The notes under the pieces: model-generated | What the model was told of the DNA's origin: nothing | Seen by the model: the letters and a program-made list of their open reading frames with translations, nothing else | Databases searched by the model: none | Made by a program: the position numbers and the translations under genes | Shown here: one piece after another, positions 11,062-20,750 of the stretch | How the letters are laid out: every line of letters begins with the position of its first letter | Numbering within the stretch: position 1 is the first letter of the stretch | Assembly (NCBI GenBank): GCA_019653755.1 | Contig: BPCL01000005.1 | Span: forward strand, 4,071 to 68,070 | Reading direction: 5' to 3' | DNA: 64,000 bases | Source of the DNA: Woeseia sp. | GTDB lineage: Bacteria; Pseudomonadota; Gammaproteobacteria; Steroidobacterales; UBA11654

Positions 11062-11111
11062 TGATTTTCTCCCTAAAAATATATTCTTAACTCTTAGCTT
11101 ATATATAAAAC

Positions 11112-12073
11112 TTAATAAATTGTGACAATTTCATCTCCTTTGGAATTCTTGTAAGCTCTTGCCATCCCATCAGTGTTAAAAATCATTGATGCATTGCCTT
11201 CTTTATCTATAACAATTACTCCACCTTCAATTCCCATTCCACTAAGCTCATCAATTACCTGATTAGAGGCTTGATCTGCAGTTAATCCTAAATAATCCAT
11301 CCTTACACAAATCTCTCGAGCCACATTAAATCTCATAAAATATTCACCGTGACCTGTGCCTGAAACTCCACAAAGATTATTCTGTGCCCAAGTTCCCGCA
11401 CCTATTATTGGCGAATCTCCTACTCTTCCAGGCAGCTTGTTGGATCTTCCGCCAGTCGATGTTGCGGCAGAAATATTCCCCTCCTTATCAATAGCAACTG
11501 CGCCCACCGTGCTCAATTCATCCTTTGTTTTTTGTCTTCTTACCCTGTCTAATTTTTCTTTAGAGTAAAAATAACTTGGATCAACAACCTCTAAACCGCC
11601 TTTGATAGCTACTTTTTCAGCTCCTTGGCCGACAATTAATACATGCTCTGTCTTTTCCATAACATATCGAGCAAGTTTAATAGGGTTTTTTATTGTTGAA
11701 ACAGAAGCCACGGCACCGCGTTCTGAAGTTCCCCTGTCATTATAGAAGCATCCATTTCTTGCTTTTCTTCAGCTGTATAAACAGAACCTTTGCCAGCATT
11801 AAAAGTGACATCATCCTCTAATATAACTACCGCAGCCTCCACAGCATCTAGACTAGTTCCGCCCGATTCAAGAATTGCGAAACCCTCATCCAAAGCTCTC
11901 TTTAATCCATCTTCAATGGACTTTAGTTTTTCTTCAGTCTGATTTCTGCTCCAACCTGCGCCTCCATGAATAACTATGGCAATATTAGAAGCCATAACGT
12001 CTGAATTGGGCTGGCTCGCGATCAAAAAATTTGATTGAGCCAGAAGAAGAAAGAGTAGTAGGTATTTTTTCAT
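11112..12073 (-). CDS. isoaspartyl peptidase / L-asparaginase (Ntn hydrolase, asparaginase-2 family), secreted, one frame break
   Basis: ORF 11690..12073: signal peptide MKKYLLLFLLLAQSNFLIAS, then IAIVIHGGAGW. ORF 11112..11711 has the autoprocessing/active-site region LSTVGAVAIDKEGNISAATSTGGRSNKLPGRVGDSPIIGAG. Frame break near 11716. Confidence 0.8.
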
Positions 12074-12213
12074 TAGCTAAATAGTATTTCATTATTTACA
12101 AACATAACAAATCTCAGATTAGCTTAATAGAGCTTGATTATTGTATTATTAAAAAAATATAACTGAGAACGATTCTGAGCAACTCTGAAAAAATTATCGA
12201 TATACCTTGGAGA

Positions 12214-12813
12214 ATGGCTGTATGGGTATTTCCTATCCATCTTTATGCACTACTCGTGCCTTTAATTCTTATCCCAGCAGCAAATAACAATAGATTGTTA
12301 TTAGAAGAAAAGACCTTCAATGTAGATCTTTTGTTTCTTGCCGCTGTGGTCTTGGTATTAGGTAGTTTATTCGAAATTATACAAAACCATGTTGACCGTT
12401 GGCTTGTCACAACTGAAAGCGCGAGCGGAAATGGCTATAGCCTGATGGATGGATTGTTTACTTTTTTCATCTTACTTGGTCAAGCTCTTATTCTTATTGC
12501 GCTCATAGGTCAAAGCAACATAGTTAAAGCTTTTGCAGTAATTTGTGTGCTTGCAGGACCAATTTTATATTACAGGAAACAGCTGGTTTTCTTGCCCACC
12601 AGTCTAATAGGCACTGTTAACACTATAGTTGCTTTCATAATTTTTAATGATTGGGTTATTTTTATGCAAATAATCACCGTTGCTCTAACTATTATTTTCT
12701 TTAACCGGCTTCTGGACACTGGTAATCAGTTCTATCATGGCTTAACAACATTGGCAGCCTCATCAGGAATCTTGTTTCTGGCCTTCGTTATTAATAATGC
12801 TAGCTATGGATAG
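12214..12813 (+). CDS. hypothetical polytopic membrane protein
   Basis: 199 aa with 5-6 hydrophobic spans and no recognisable motif. Its end overlaps the next gene's start. Confidence 0.45.
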   Translation: MAVWVFPIHLYALLVPLILIPAANNNRLLLEEKTFNVDLLFLAAVVLVLGSLFEIIQNHVDRWLVTTESASGNGYSLMDGLFTFFILLGQALILIALIGQSNIVKAFAVICVLAGPILYYRKQLVFLPTSLIGTVNTIVAFIIFNDWVIFMQIITVALTIIFFNRLLDTGNQFYHGLTTLAASSGILFLAFVINNASYG

Positions 12814-13997
12814 ACGCACTTTTTCAAAATTGCTTTCACTTCTGATGATTTCCTCGAATCATGCATTAGCAGCTGTCAATAAGCGTGAAAAAATAATTGT
12901 AATTGGGGCCGGCATTATAGGAACCTCCATAGCCTATGAATTATCAAAAATGGGGGCGCAAGTTACTCTTATTGATCAAAAATTTCCTGGGTCCGCTGCT
13001 AGTGGAAGCACTTTTTCTTGGATTAATGCCACCTACCCTAAAAAACCTTATCCCTATAATTTTCTGTCGCAGCTCGGTATAGATGCTTACAAAAGTTTAG
13101 AGAAAGAAATAAATTTAAAAATAAAGTGGGGCGGTTCTCTTGAATGGTTCGATTCAGATGAAGAGCAAAACCAACCTTATGAATGAGGTCAATAATTTAA
13201 AAAAATATCCAAGATACTCAGCTGTTGATGTGATCAATGAAAGAGAAGCAAAAACTCTAGAACCTGGTATTGATTTCAAAAATAAAAATATTGTCTTCTC
13301 CAGAGCTGATGGAGCAATAGATACTATGCATGCTATCAACTTGATGATAGAAAATATTGAATTTAATGGGGGTTCTGTGCTCTACCCCTGTCAGTTTCAA
13401 GGACTCAAATACACAAATGGAAGATTGTCATCTGTGGAAACCACAATTGGGGAATTAGAAGCACATCAAGCAATATTTGCAACAGGTATTGATAGCGGAC
13501 GATTATTATCAATCGATATGATGAAACCATCAACACCAGGAATCATAGTTACATCAAAACCTACAGAAAATATATTAAACAGGATAATAGTAGGTCCAGG
13601 AGTGCATATTCACCAACAAACAGACGGGAGAATAATCTTTGGTGAGCAAACAGGAGCTCCCAGTTCTCACTTAGATAGATTGAGCGATAAGCCAAAAGAA
13701 TTTCCATCCGAGATTTTTGCTCAAGATCACACCAATCGAATTTTTGATACAGCAAAAACGTTTATGAAAAAAGTTGAAGATCTTAAAGTTGAAAGAGTCT
13801 CCATCGGCTGGCGTCCGCTTCCAAGAGATGGAAGACCCATAATAGGAAGGCCTGAAGGATTATCAGATATATATGTGGCAGTTATGCACAGTGGGGTAAG
13901 TCTTGCAGCAATCGTTGGGAAGCTTGTATCAGAAGAAATTCTTAGTGGATCAACAAATTTATTATTGAAAGATTTTAGACCGTCTAGATTCAATTGA
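12797..13997 (+). CDS. FAD-dependent oxidoreductase (DAO / D-amino-acid or glycine oxidase-like) with Tat-type signal, one frame break
   Basis: N-terminus MLAMDRRTFSKLLSLLMISSNHALAA (RRxFxK twin-arginine motif), followed at once by the dinucleotide fold KIIVIGAGIIGTSIAYELSKMGAQVTLIDQ. ORFs 12797..13186 and 13140..13997 join near 13170. Confidence 0.7.
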
Positions 13998-14032
13998 TAT
14001 CTTCTATGATTACTATAAAATTCGACCCATAG

Positions 14033-14185
14033 ATGAACCAAGATAAAAAATATCTCTATATTTTTGCAGGACTCGCACTGATCCCGTTTGTAATACTATT
14101 ACTATTTAATGCCTGGGCATTAATTTCATCTATATATTTTCCAGAATATAACCCAGTGGCAGTTATATGCGGACCTCGTGTCTAA
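14033..14185 (+). CDS. possible 50-aa small membrane protein
   Basis: ATG at 14033, TAA at 14183. MNQDKKYLYIFAGLALIPFVILLLFNAWALISSIYFPEYNPVAVICGPRV contains one hydrophobic helix. Its stop overlaps the internal ATG (14185) of the next ORF as TAATG. Below the ORF-track cutoff and weakly supported. Confidence 0.25.
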   Translation: MNQDKKYLYIFAGLALIPFVILLLFNAWALISSIYFPEYNPVAVICGPRV

Positions 14186-14622
14186 TGATTAGAAAACCAC
14201 TGCTCTTATTAGGGCTACTATTTTTTATACCCCATTCAGCAATAAGTGAAATTGTTGTAAAAAATGCATGGGTCAGAGCTGCGCCAGCGGGATCTAAAGC
14301 TATGGCAGCTTATATGTTTATCGATAATCAAGGCCCAAAAACAATGAGTTCCTCAAAGATCATCGCCAATGGTTTTGAGAAAGCAGAAGTACACATGAGC
14401 TTTATTGGCAATAATATTGCACAAATGAGAAAACTAGAGAATATCTCTATTGATGGAAAAGAATCAATAACCTTAGAGCCAGGTGGGTTGCATTTAATGT
14501 TAATTAATCCTAACAAAGTACCTAAAAAGAATTCTAAAGTTGAGATACTCATGTTTTTTGAAAATGAAAATAATGCTGAAGTTGTAAGAATTGAAGCTGA
14601 TGTTAGGAGTCAAGAATTATAG
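14167..14622 (+). CDS. copper chaperone PCu(A)C (DUF461)
   Basis: Signal peptide, then VKNAWVRAAPAGSKAMAAYMFIDNQG and EPGGLHLML, typical of PCuAC. The real start may be ATG 14185 (MIRKPLLLLGLLFF). Confidence 0.7.
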   Translation: MRTSCLMIRKPLLLLGLLFFIPHSAISEIVVKNAWVRAAPAGSKAMAAYMFIDNQGPKTMSSSKIIANGFEKAEVHMSFIGNNIAQMRKLENISIDGKESITLEPGGLHLMLINPNKVPKKNSKVEILMFFENENNAEVVRIEADVRSQEL

Positions 14623-14636
14623 AAACGAAAAATAAA

Positions 14637-15236
14637 TTGTTCTTAATATTTGCTGTGATTGCTTTGGTATTCATGGTCTTAATCATACAAAAAGGTCCGA
14701 TATTAAATGAGAAACAACCCATACTTCAAAGTGGAAAAGCATTAAAACAACCCTTAGAAATTATTGACTTTGAGTTGAGAGATCAGAAGAATCAACTGTT
14801 TACAAAAAATGATTTTAAAAATCAATTTACCCTTCTTTTCTTTGGTTATACGAACTGTCCAGATGTTTGCCCAAGCACCATTTATAAACTTAGCCAGATG
14901 AAAAAGAAAATAAGTCAGGATATACCAGAGGCAACTCTCGAGATTGTTTTTATTACGCTTGATCCAGAAAGAGACACGACAGATCGACTTGATGAGTACA
15001 TGAATTTTTTCGATTCCACGATGATTGGTCTAACAGGAAACATTAGTGAAATTGTTAAGCTATCTGCAAATCTTAGTGTATTTTTTCAAAGGATAAACAA
15101 AGAAGATGGGTATGATTTTAATCACACAGCTTCAATTTTTGTAATTAATACAGAGGCTCAGCTTGGAGCTTCGCTCAGCCCGATAAGTTCACTTGAAATG
15201 CTTGAAGAAGATATAAGAATCTTACTGTCAAAATAA
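14637..15236 (+). CDS. SCO1/SenC family copper chaperone (thioredoxin fold)
   Basis: TTG start and an N-terminal TM helix. Has the CPDVCP metal-binding motif in the context LLFFGYTNCPDVCPST and a downstream His (FNHTASIF). Confidence 0.8.
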   Translation: MFLIFAVIALVFMVLIIQKGPILNEKQPILQSGKALKQPLEIIDFELRDQKNQLFTKNDFKNQFTLLFFGYTNCPDVCPSTIYKLSQMKKKISQDIPEATLEIVFITLDPERDTTDRLDEYMNFFDSTMIGLTGNISEIVKLSANLSVFFQRINKEDGYDFNHTASIFVINTEAQLGASLSPISSLEMLEEDIRILLSK

Positions 15237-15248
15237 TACTAAATTAGA

Positions 15249-15617
15249 TCAATTCTTTGATATGCCAATCTTATCTCTGGCCAATAGATTATTCTCTTCT
15301 ATGTCATCAAGAACCCAATCACTTGTTAACAACCTTGCAGAATATTGCCTGTTATATAGAAAAGGCATAATTAGTTGGAAAATTCCGAAAGTTACTAATG
15401 AAAAAATTAAGTGAAAGACGCCAATAGAGATCTCCCCTCTGAAAATAGGAACAAAAAAGCCAAAAAAGAAATAGGTCCAAGAGTAGCCAACAAAACAAGT
15501 CCCGTTTAAGCCTGATCCCTTATGCCTTATTTTTATCTTTTTTTGCCAGCCCATAACCAAGGTTCCAATGATTAAGGGTAGGAAAATCATGATAATTATA
15601 AATAAAGCAATTCCCAT
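15249..15617 (-). CDS. hypothetical membrane protein
   Basis: 122 aa with about 3 hydrophobic spans. Its ATG overlaps the stop of the upstream SDR gene (TAATG on the minus strand), suggesting translational coupling. Confidence 0.5.
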   Translation of the reverse strand: MGIALFIIIMIFLPLIIGTLVMGWQKKIKIRHKGSGLNGTCFVGYSWTYFFFGFFVPIFRGEISIGVFHLIFSLVTFGIFQLIMPFLYNRQYSARLLTSDWVLDDIEENNLLARDKIGISKN

Positions 15618-16495
15618 TAGATAACTCCTATGTCGTTAATATCAGTTACTTTAGAAGCATAATCCCATACGGATTCTTTTAGATTATTATCATATGAAAG
15701 TGGCGATGCTTCTTTTCTTTTGCCATGCTCCCAATAGAAACCGGATTTGCCAATATATTGTAGATCAGAAGTCATTACAATATGATTTAAAGCCCCTTTT
15801 TCAGCGGACTGTAGAAAAGGTTTTATTAAATTTACAATAACGCCATGCATACCTCGCATATGCCGATGAATATTTGTGTTAATAAAATAACCGGCGACAC
15901 TGCAAAAACGTCTATGTTTGTTTGTTCTAGTTTTTCAGACAATATAAAGCTAAAAAGATTAAGGCATAGTTTTGATCTTGCATAGGCTTGAAATCCCATG
16001 GAATGATTAACTTTTTCCCAACCAGTTTCAAAATTAATATCATCAAAATCAAATTCCTTTGCCATTCTATGACCATCTGAAGAAATATTTATTATCCTAG
16101 AATTGTCAGGTTTCTTGAGTAGATCCAAAAGAAGATGGGTCAAGAGGAAGGGTCCAAGAAAATTCGTAGCCATAGTCATTTCAAAACCATCCTCACTTTG
16201 CCTTCTAATTGACTCAGTAATTCCAGCATTATTAATTAAGACATCTAATTGAGAATAATGATTATGGATTTGTCTTGATAATTCTCTTAACGCCCTAAAA
16301 GAAGAAACATCACAATCAAAATATTCAATATCTTTATTTCCAGAAGATCTAATAATCTCATCTTTTGAGCTAATACCTTTTTCAGTATCAAAATCAACGA
16401 GAATCAGTCTAGCCCCTTTATCTGCGAGTGCTTTGGCTGCAATTCTACCCCCTTCCGCTGGCTGTGCCAGTAATTAAGACTGTCTTATCTTGCAT
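15617..16495 (-). CDS. short-chain dehydrogenase/reductase (retinol-dehydrogenase-like SDR), two frame breaks
   Basis: My reading from ATG 16495: MQDKTVLITGTASGRG.. (TGxxxGxG), then ..LDVLINNAGI.. (NNAG). ORF 15832..16179 gives ISSDGH...YARSKL (YxxxK). ORF 15617..15859 supplies the C-terminus. Breaks near 16450 and 15891. Confidence 0.7.
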
Positions 16496-16499
16496 TAAT

Positions 16500-17466
16500 T
16501 TAGCTGAGCATGCTTGGATCCATGCCAACACTTTTCATCTGTTCCAAGACTACAGATTTTGTTATCTCTTCAATTCCATTTTCCCTTGCAAAATCCTTTT
16601 ACGTTATTAATAGCCATTTCTATAATGCCTGGTGGGGTTGATGCAATCATATCTTTTGATTCCTGATCCCAAATCATGCTTAGTTTCGACTCAAATTCAT
16701 TTTTTGGAGCATCTTCTTTTAACTTTCTTTCTTTTGCTTTTTTAGCTCGTTTTCTTTTGTCCCAGTATTCAGATTCTTCTGGCTTAGTGGCTTCTAATAC
16801 AGCTCTTGCGTCAGGGGTTGAAGTCATAATATTTAACAAACTTTCCAAATACTCATTTGGAACAACCACAAACATTTCCTCAGGTTTTAATCGATTATTC
16901 ATTCTGCCTCCCAGATCACCAGGAGTAATGACAACGTTGCCGTCATGCCAAGGTGTTGCAAAAAGATCACTGCAAAAAGAAGAGCCAGCAGCTCCTCTTG
17001 GCGGGGTGCCATCCAATACAGTCCTTGCACCTCCAATAAAGTTAGCCCAATGGGGTGTGCAAACTACGACTATCCAATCTACAAATATATCATCAGGGAC
17101 ATCAGAAAGCGGTGCGGCACCAATCCCAACAACAGTATTTTGGGGTAAAACATACTCTCCAGTTTTAATTTTCTCAGCCCCCACATCTGTATAGGCAGGT
17201 ATATTTTGTGCAAGGTATTGTCCGTTCCTTATCTCGTCAGTTCCCTCATGAACTCCTGCGGTGTAGACCCCTGTGGTGCAATCGTGATGATGTCTATCAA
17301 ATGAAACTATCTCACCTTTATCCATGGCATGTCTAACAATAGAACATGGAACCACTTTCTTTTGTTCATAAGGTTTAGGTATTTCTTCTTTGAATAAGCT
17401 AATGGCAACCGGATTACCTCTTACCTTTCCAACTAAAGAGTCACTAAGTTCTTTGAAATCTATCAT
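16500..17466 (-). CDS. DUF169-like protein fused to a C-terminal PCP_red-like helical module, one frame break near the 3' end
   Basis: 298-aa ORF 16570..17466. The ~230-aa N-terminal part resembles DUF169 (family call from memory). After a Lys/Glu linker comes WDQESKDMIASTPPGIIEMAINNVK. Shifting frame near 16595 continues FARENGIEEITKSVVLEQMKSVGMDPSMLS, with a stop at 16502..16500. Confidence 0.55.
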
Positions 17467-17485
17467 ATTTGAATTATAGCCTGTT

Positions 17486-18283
17486 TTATTCTATTGGTCT
17501 TCCAGGCAAAATGCCGCCGTAAAGCATCAGGTCTTCTTTTGGTTTAGATCGCCAAAGCTCTTTAGCAAAACGGGGTATTGCCATTGCTGCTATAGGAAAA
17601 CATTCAACAAACTCTGAAGTTGAAAAAGGCAATCGATGGATGGCGTAACAAAACATGTCTCTTTCTGTTATATGCCAAAACCCACTAACCCCCTTAAGGC
17701 TTGTAGAAACTGACCCATTAGTATTGAAGTAAGCGTCAAATTCAATCTGATTGTCACTATCAACTAACCGATAGTGAGTAGTGTTGGTCATCAGATGATT
17801 CCAAAAACTTGGGAAGCGCTCAGAAACAGGGAGACTTTTATCAATTGTTTCTGCAATAAATGATCTTTCTATATTGGGTTTATTTGGAGCACCCGTTTCT
17901 ATCATCATAAAAGCAATCATATCGATTAAAAATTCTTCAGGAACAGGCTCGGGAATCATCATGGTGCTCCCAGGAAAAAGTTTCTGAGGACCTTGTAGAA
18001 ATCTATAAATTAATTCCTTGTCCCAAATCGAATCAGATGAACCCATTGAAGATGAGTAATTATAATCAGGATCTTCTCCTACGCCTCTACCAAATATTTG
18101 CCAAAGATTTGGGCCTATAATGTTTGCGCTATCTGCAGCTAAAGTATGACAAGCACTGCATCGCTGCTGAAATGCATTTTTACCGTTGAGATAATCGGCA
18201 TTATCCAGCTGATCAGTTGTTGGTGTTGCAAGAACCGCTGTGCTAAAAAAGCAAAAGAAAAATATTTTTAATCCAAAACCCAC
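17486..18283 (-). CDS. exported c-type cytochrome (class I N-terminal domain) with an uncharacterised ~130-aa C-terminal domain
   Basis: Signal peptide MGFGLKIFFFCFFSTAVLA. Haem-binding CSACH in GKNAFQQRCSACHTL..GPNLWQIFGR, and a distal Met candidate in PGSTMMIPE. The C-terminal half has no motif I recognise. Confidence 0.7.
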   Translation of the reverse strand: MGFGLKIFFFCFFSTAVLATPTTDQLDNADYLNGKNAFQQRCSACHTLAADSANIIGPNLWQIFGRGVGEDPDYNYSSSMGSSDSIWDKELIYRFLQGPQKLFPGSTMMIPEPVPEEFLIDMIAFMMIETGAPNKPNIERSFIAETIDKSLPVSERFPSFWNHLMTNTTHYRLVDSDNQIEFDAYFNTNGSVSTSLKGVSGFWHITERDMFCYAIHRLPFSTSEFVECFPIAAMAIPRFAKELWRSKPKEDLMLYGGILPGRPIE

Positions 18284-18359
18284 TTTAATTTAGTATTTTT
18301 TTTATAAGAAATATAAATTAGCATTATTACTTTAAAGATAAAACGGTTAGAATTTTGAC

Positions 18360-19235
18360 ATGAAATTTTGGGGTAAGAAAAATGAGAAGTGGGTTGAAAG
18401 CCCAATGCATAATAACTGGTATCAATCCAGTTCATATTTTCTAAGCTCTTTCGCTCTAATAACCTCTGTAAGCGAGGACGGAGTAACAAGTATTGGACCT
18501 TATCAACTTTCTTTCCCTTTTGGCGTTATTGAACGCAGAGAAGTAATTGTGATTTCAAGAAGAGGATCAAATACCTCGACTAACTTAAAAAGAGTCAAAA
18601 AGTGCGCAATGAATTGGGTTGAATACGATAGAAGTAAAGTAAAGAACATCGTCGACCTAGGTTACCCTGGCCAAGAACCGGTGGAAAAAATGGAAGACTG
18701 TCCTTATGAACTTGAAGAAACTCCAACAGAAGCTTTCCGTGATGATCCAGACAGACCAAAAGTTATTAAAGATGCGTTTCAAGTTTTTGAATGTGAATTA
18801 AATGATAATCCTGATGATTTTTACTACAAGGGAACTGAGCATACAGAGTATCTTCTTCTTAAACTTAATAACATCTACCTAAGAGAACGATGGAGAAATA
18901 ACCTGGATTTAGGCGATGACATGAAGATTCCAAATATGCCTATTAGCTTTGGTTTTAGAAATGCTAATCAGTTCTGGTTCGCCAAACATAAGAAACCATT
19001 TTGGTTACCAACCCCAGAAGGGAAAGGTGCTGCTCATGACGCTGTAATGTATATAGGAAATAGAATCGATCCAGAAATCAACTTTACAGAAAATGCCTGT
19101 AAACAACTAACTGGAGTGCCAAAGGTTTTTGTTAAAACAGTCCTAAAAGGCATCATTAAAGAAGCAAAACAAGAAGGCGTCACAGTAATCGATGAAGCTT
19201 TCGTTAAAAAAGTTAACGAAAACAGAAATAAATAG
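18360..19235 (+). CDS. flavin-reductase-like (split-barrel) protein fused to a C-terminal PCP_red-like module
   Basis: 291 aa. The N-terminal ~190 aa resemble the flavin reductase-like domain (..FALITSVSEDGVTSIGPYQLSF.., ..AFQVFECELND..EYLLLKLNNIYLRE). The C-terminus is INFTENACKQLTGVPKVFVKTVLKGIIKEAKQEGVTVIDEAFVKKV. Confidence 0.55.
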   Translation: MKFWGKKNEKWVESPMHNNWYQSSSYFLSSFALITSVSEDGVTSIGPYQLSFPFGVIERREVIVISRRGSNTSTNLKRVKKCAMNWVEYDRSKVKNIVDLGYPGQEPVEKMEDCPYELEETPTEAFRDDPDRPKVIKDAFQVFECELNDNPDDFYYKGTEHTEYLLLKLNNIYLRERWRNNLDLGDDMKIPNMPISFGFRNANQFWFAKHKKPFWLPTPEGKGAAHDAVMYIGNRIDPEINFTENACKQLTGVPKVFVKTVLKGIIKEAKQEGVTVIDEAFVKKVNENRNK

Positions 19236-19239
19236 ATTA

Positions 19240-20537
19240 ATGTCTCATCGAACCAAGGACCTTCCTAAACTATCTGGGTTCGCTCATCTGATTAGAGAAC
19301 TTAGATATCATGAATTCTCTAGGCAAAGCATAGGCATAATACTAGTAAGTGTTTTTTGCTTTGAAACATCTCCAGATTTAATTTTTCCTTATGCATCTCA
19401 TTTTGCTATAAGCCTCATTCTTCTGGGCCTAGCTAACCGAATGTACGCATCAGGATTCGTGTTAAAAAATAAAGAACTTTCCACAACAGGGCCTTATGCT
19501 TTTATGAGACATCCTCTCTACACTGGAAATATAATGATTCTAATAGGTTTGTGTCTAATTAATGGTTTCTTTTGGTCTTTTATAACTGCATTTATTTTTT
19601 TGTGTTTTATTACCCGACTGCAATTGAATATGAGGACAGAAAACTAAAATTACTTTTTCCAGAAACTTGGGATGAATGGGCATCTGTGACACCAGCGCTA
19701 ATGCCTAAAATGGATCTTAAAGGCACTTTTAATGGAAAAATTTTTTCTCAATTAGATCTAAGAAGCTGGTCTTTGAAAAAAAGTTTAGTAACAAACTACG
19801 AACCAGTCATTGTGATTTATGTAATTGCCTGGTTAATTGTTATTGTAATCGTGGCTAATCAAGAAAATGAATCAATAGAGCCGAGTTTCATTGAATCTGT
19901 TGAAAAAGCTCTTAGAGATGATAAAGCTCTAGTCAAATCCTATGAGGGCAACCAAGGCATTCTCTTTAAACTTAATCTTGGTGGTAAAAACTATCTCATT
20001 AAACGAGCAAATAAATCAAACGTCTTCTTAAGATACTTTAATCAAAAAAGCTCTCAATCGAGAATTAGAAATATACAACAAACTTAAAGACATCATGGGA
20101 TTCCGAATTGTTTTGGAATGACTTGGAGAGGTGATCTTATTCTAGAATACATTGAGGGACAATCCTATCGTGACAAACAATACGAATTAGCAGGTAATCA
20201 GTCATTCTTTCAAGAATTATTAGATCTAATATTAAATATCCATAATAAAGGCATAGCCCATGGCGATCTTAAAAGAAAGGATAATATTCTTGTCAACAAC
20301 GACAATCAGCCATTTTTAATAGATTTTGGCACTGCAATCTCCATTGATAATTCCAAAGGACAAATAAAAAGGTTCGTCTTTCGTTTTTTGAAATCAACTG
20401 ACCTAAATGCCTGGATCAAACATAAATACAACAGGAACTATAACGATATAATCGAAGATGATAGAAAGTATTACTCACCTACACTTATAGAAAAGTGTTA
20501 TAGAATTATAAGAAAGATATTTACCAAAAACGGATAG
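19240..20537 (+). CDS. membrane ICMT/PEMT-family methyltransferase fused to a protein-kinase-like domain, about three frame breaks
   Basis: ORF 19192..19647 has GPYAFMRHPLYTGNIMILIG (ICMT motif). ORF 19572..20087 continues in one frame from the methyltransferase end (YYPTAIEYEDRKLKLLFPETWDEW), through a TM helix, into a kinase N-lobe (GNQGILFKLNLGGKNYLIKRA). ORF 20118..20537 has HGDLKRKDNILV and LIDFGTA. Breaks near 19598, 20037 and 20103. Confidence 0.55.
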
Positions 20538-20548
20538 TAGTAACAAAA

Positions 20549-20748
20549 ATGATGCTTGAACCTCCATTGCTCTATTATTGGGTTATACCACTGATAATTT
20601 GGTCGGCCTGTTGGAAACTTGTTGCACTCTGGAAAGCTGCTAGGAACAGACAATTAGCCTGGTTTATTGTTCTAGCAATTTTTAATACAGCAGGGATGCT
20701 CCAATTCTCTATATCTACTTCTACCAAAGAGATAAATCTGAATTCTAA
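20549..20748 (+). CDS. small two-helix membrane protein (DUF5652-like), probable frame break near its 3' end
   Basis: MMLEPPLLYYWVIPLIIWSACWKLVALWKAARNRQLAWFIVLAIFNTAG.. An alternative frame after ~20697 reads ..PILYIYFYQRDKSEF and stops at 20746..20748, 2 nt before the next ATG. Confidence 0.4.
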
Positions 20749-20750
20749 AG

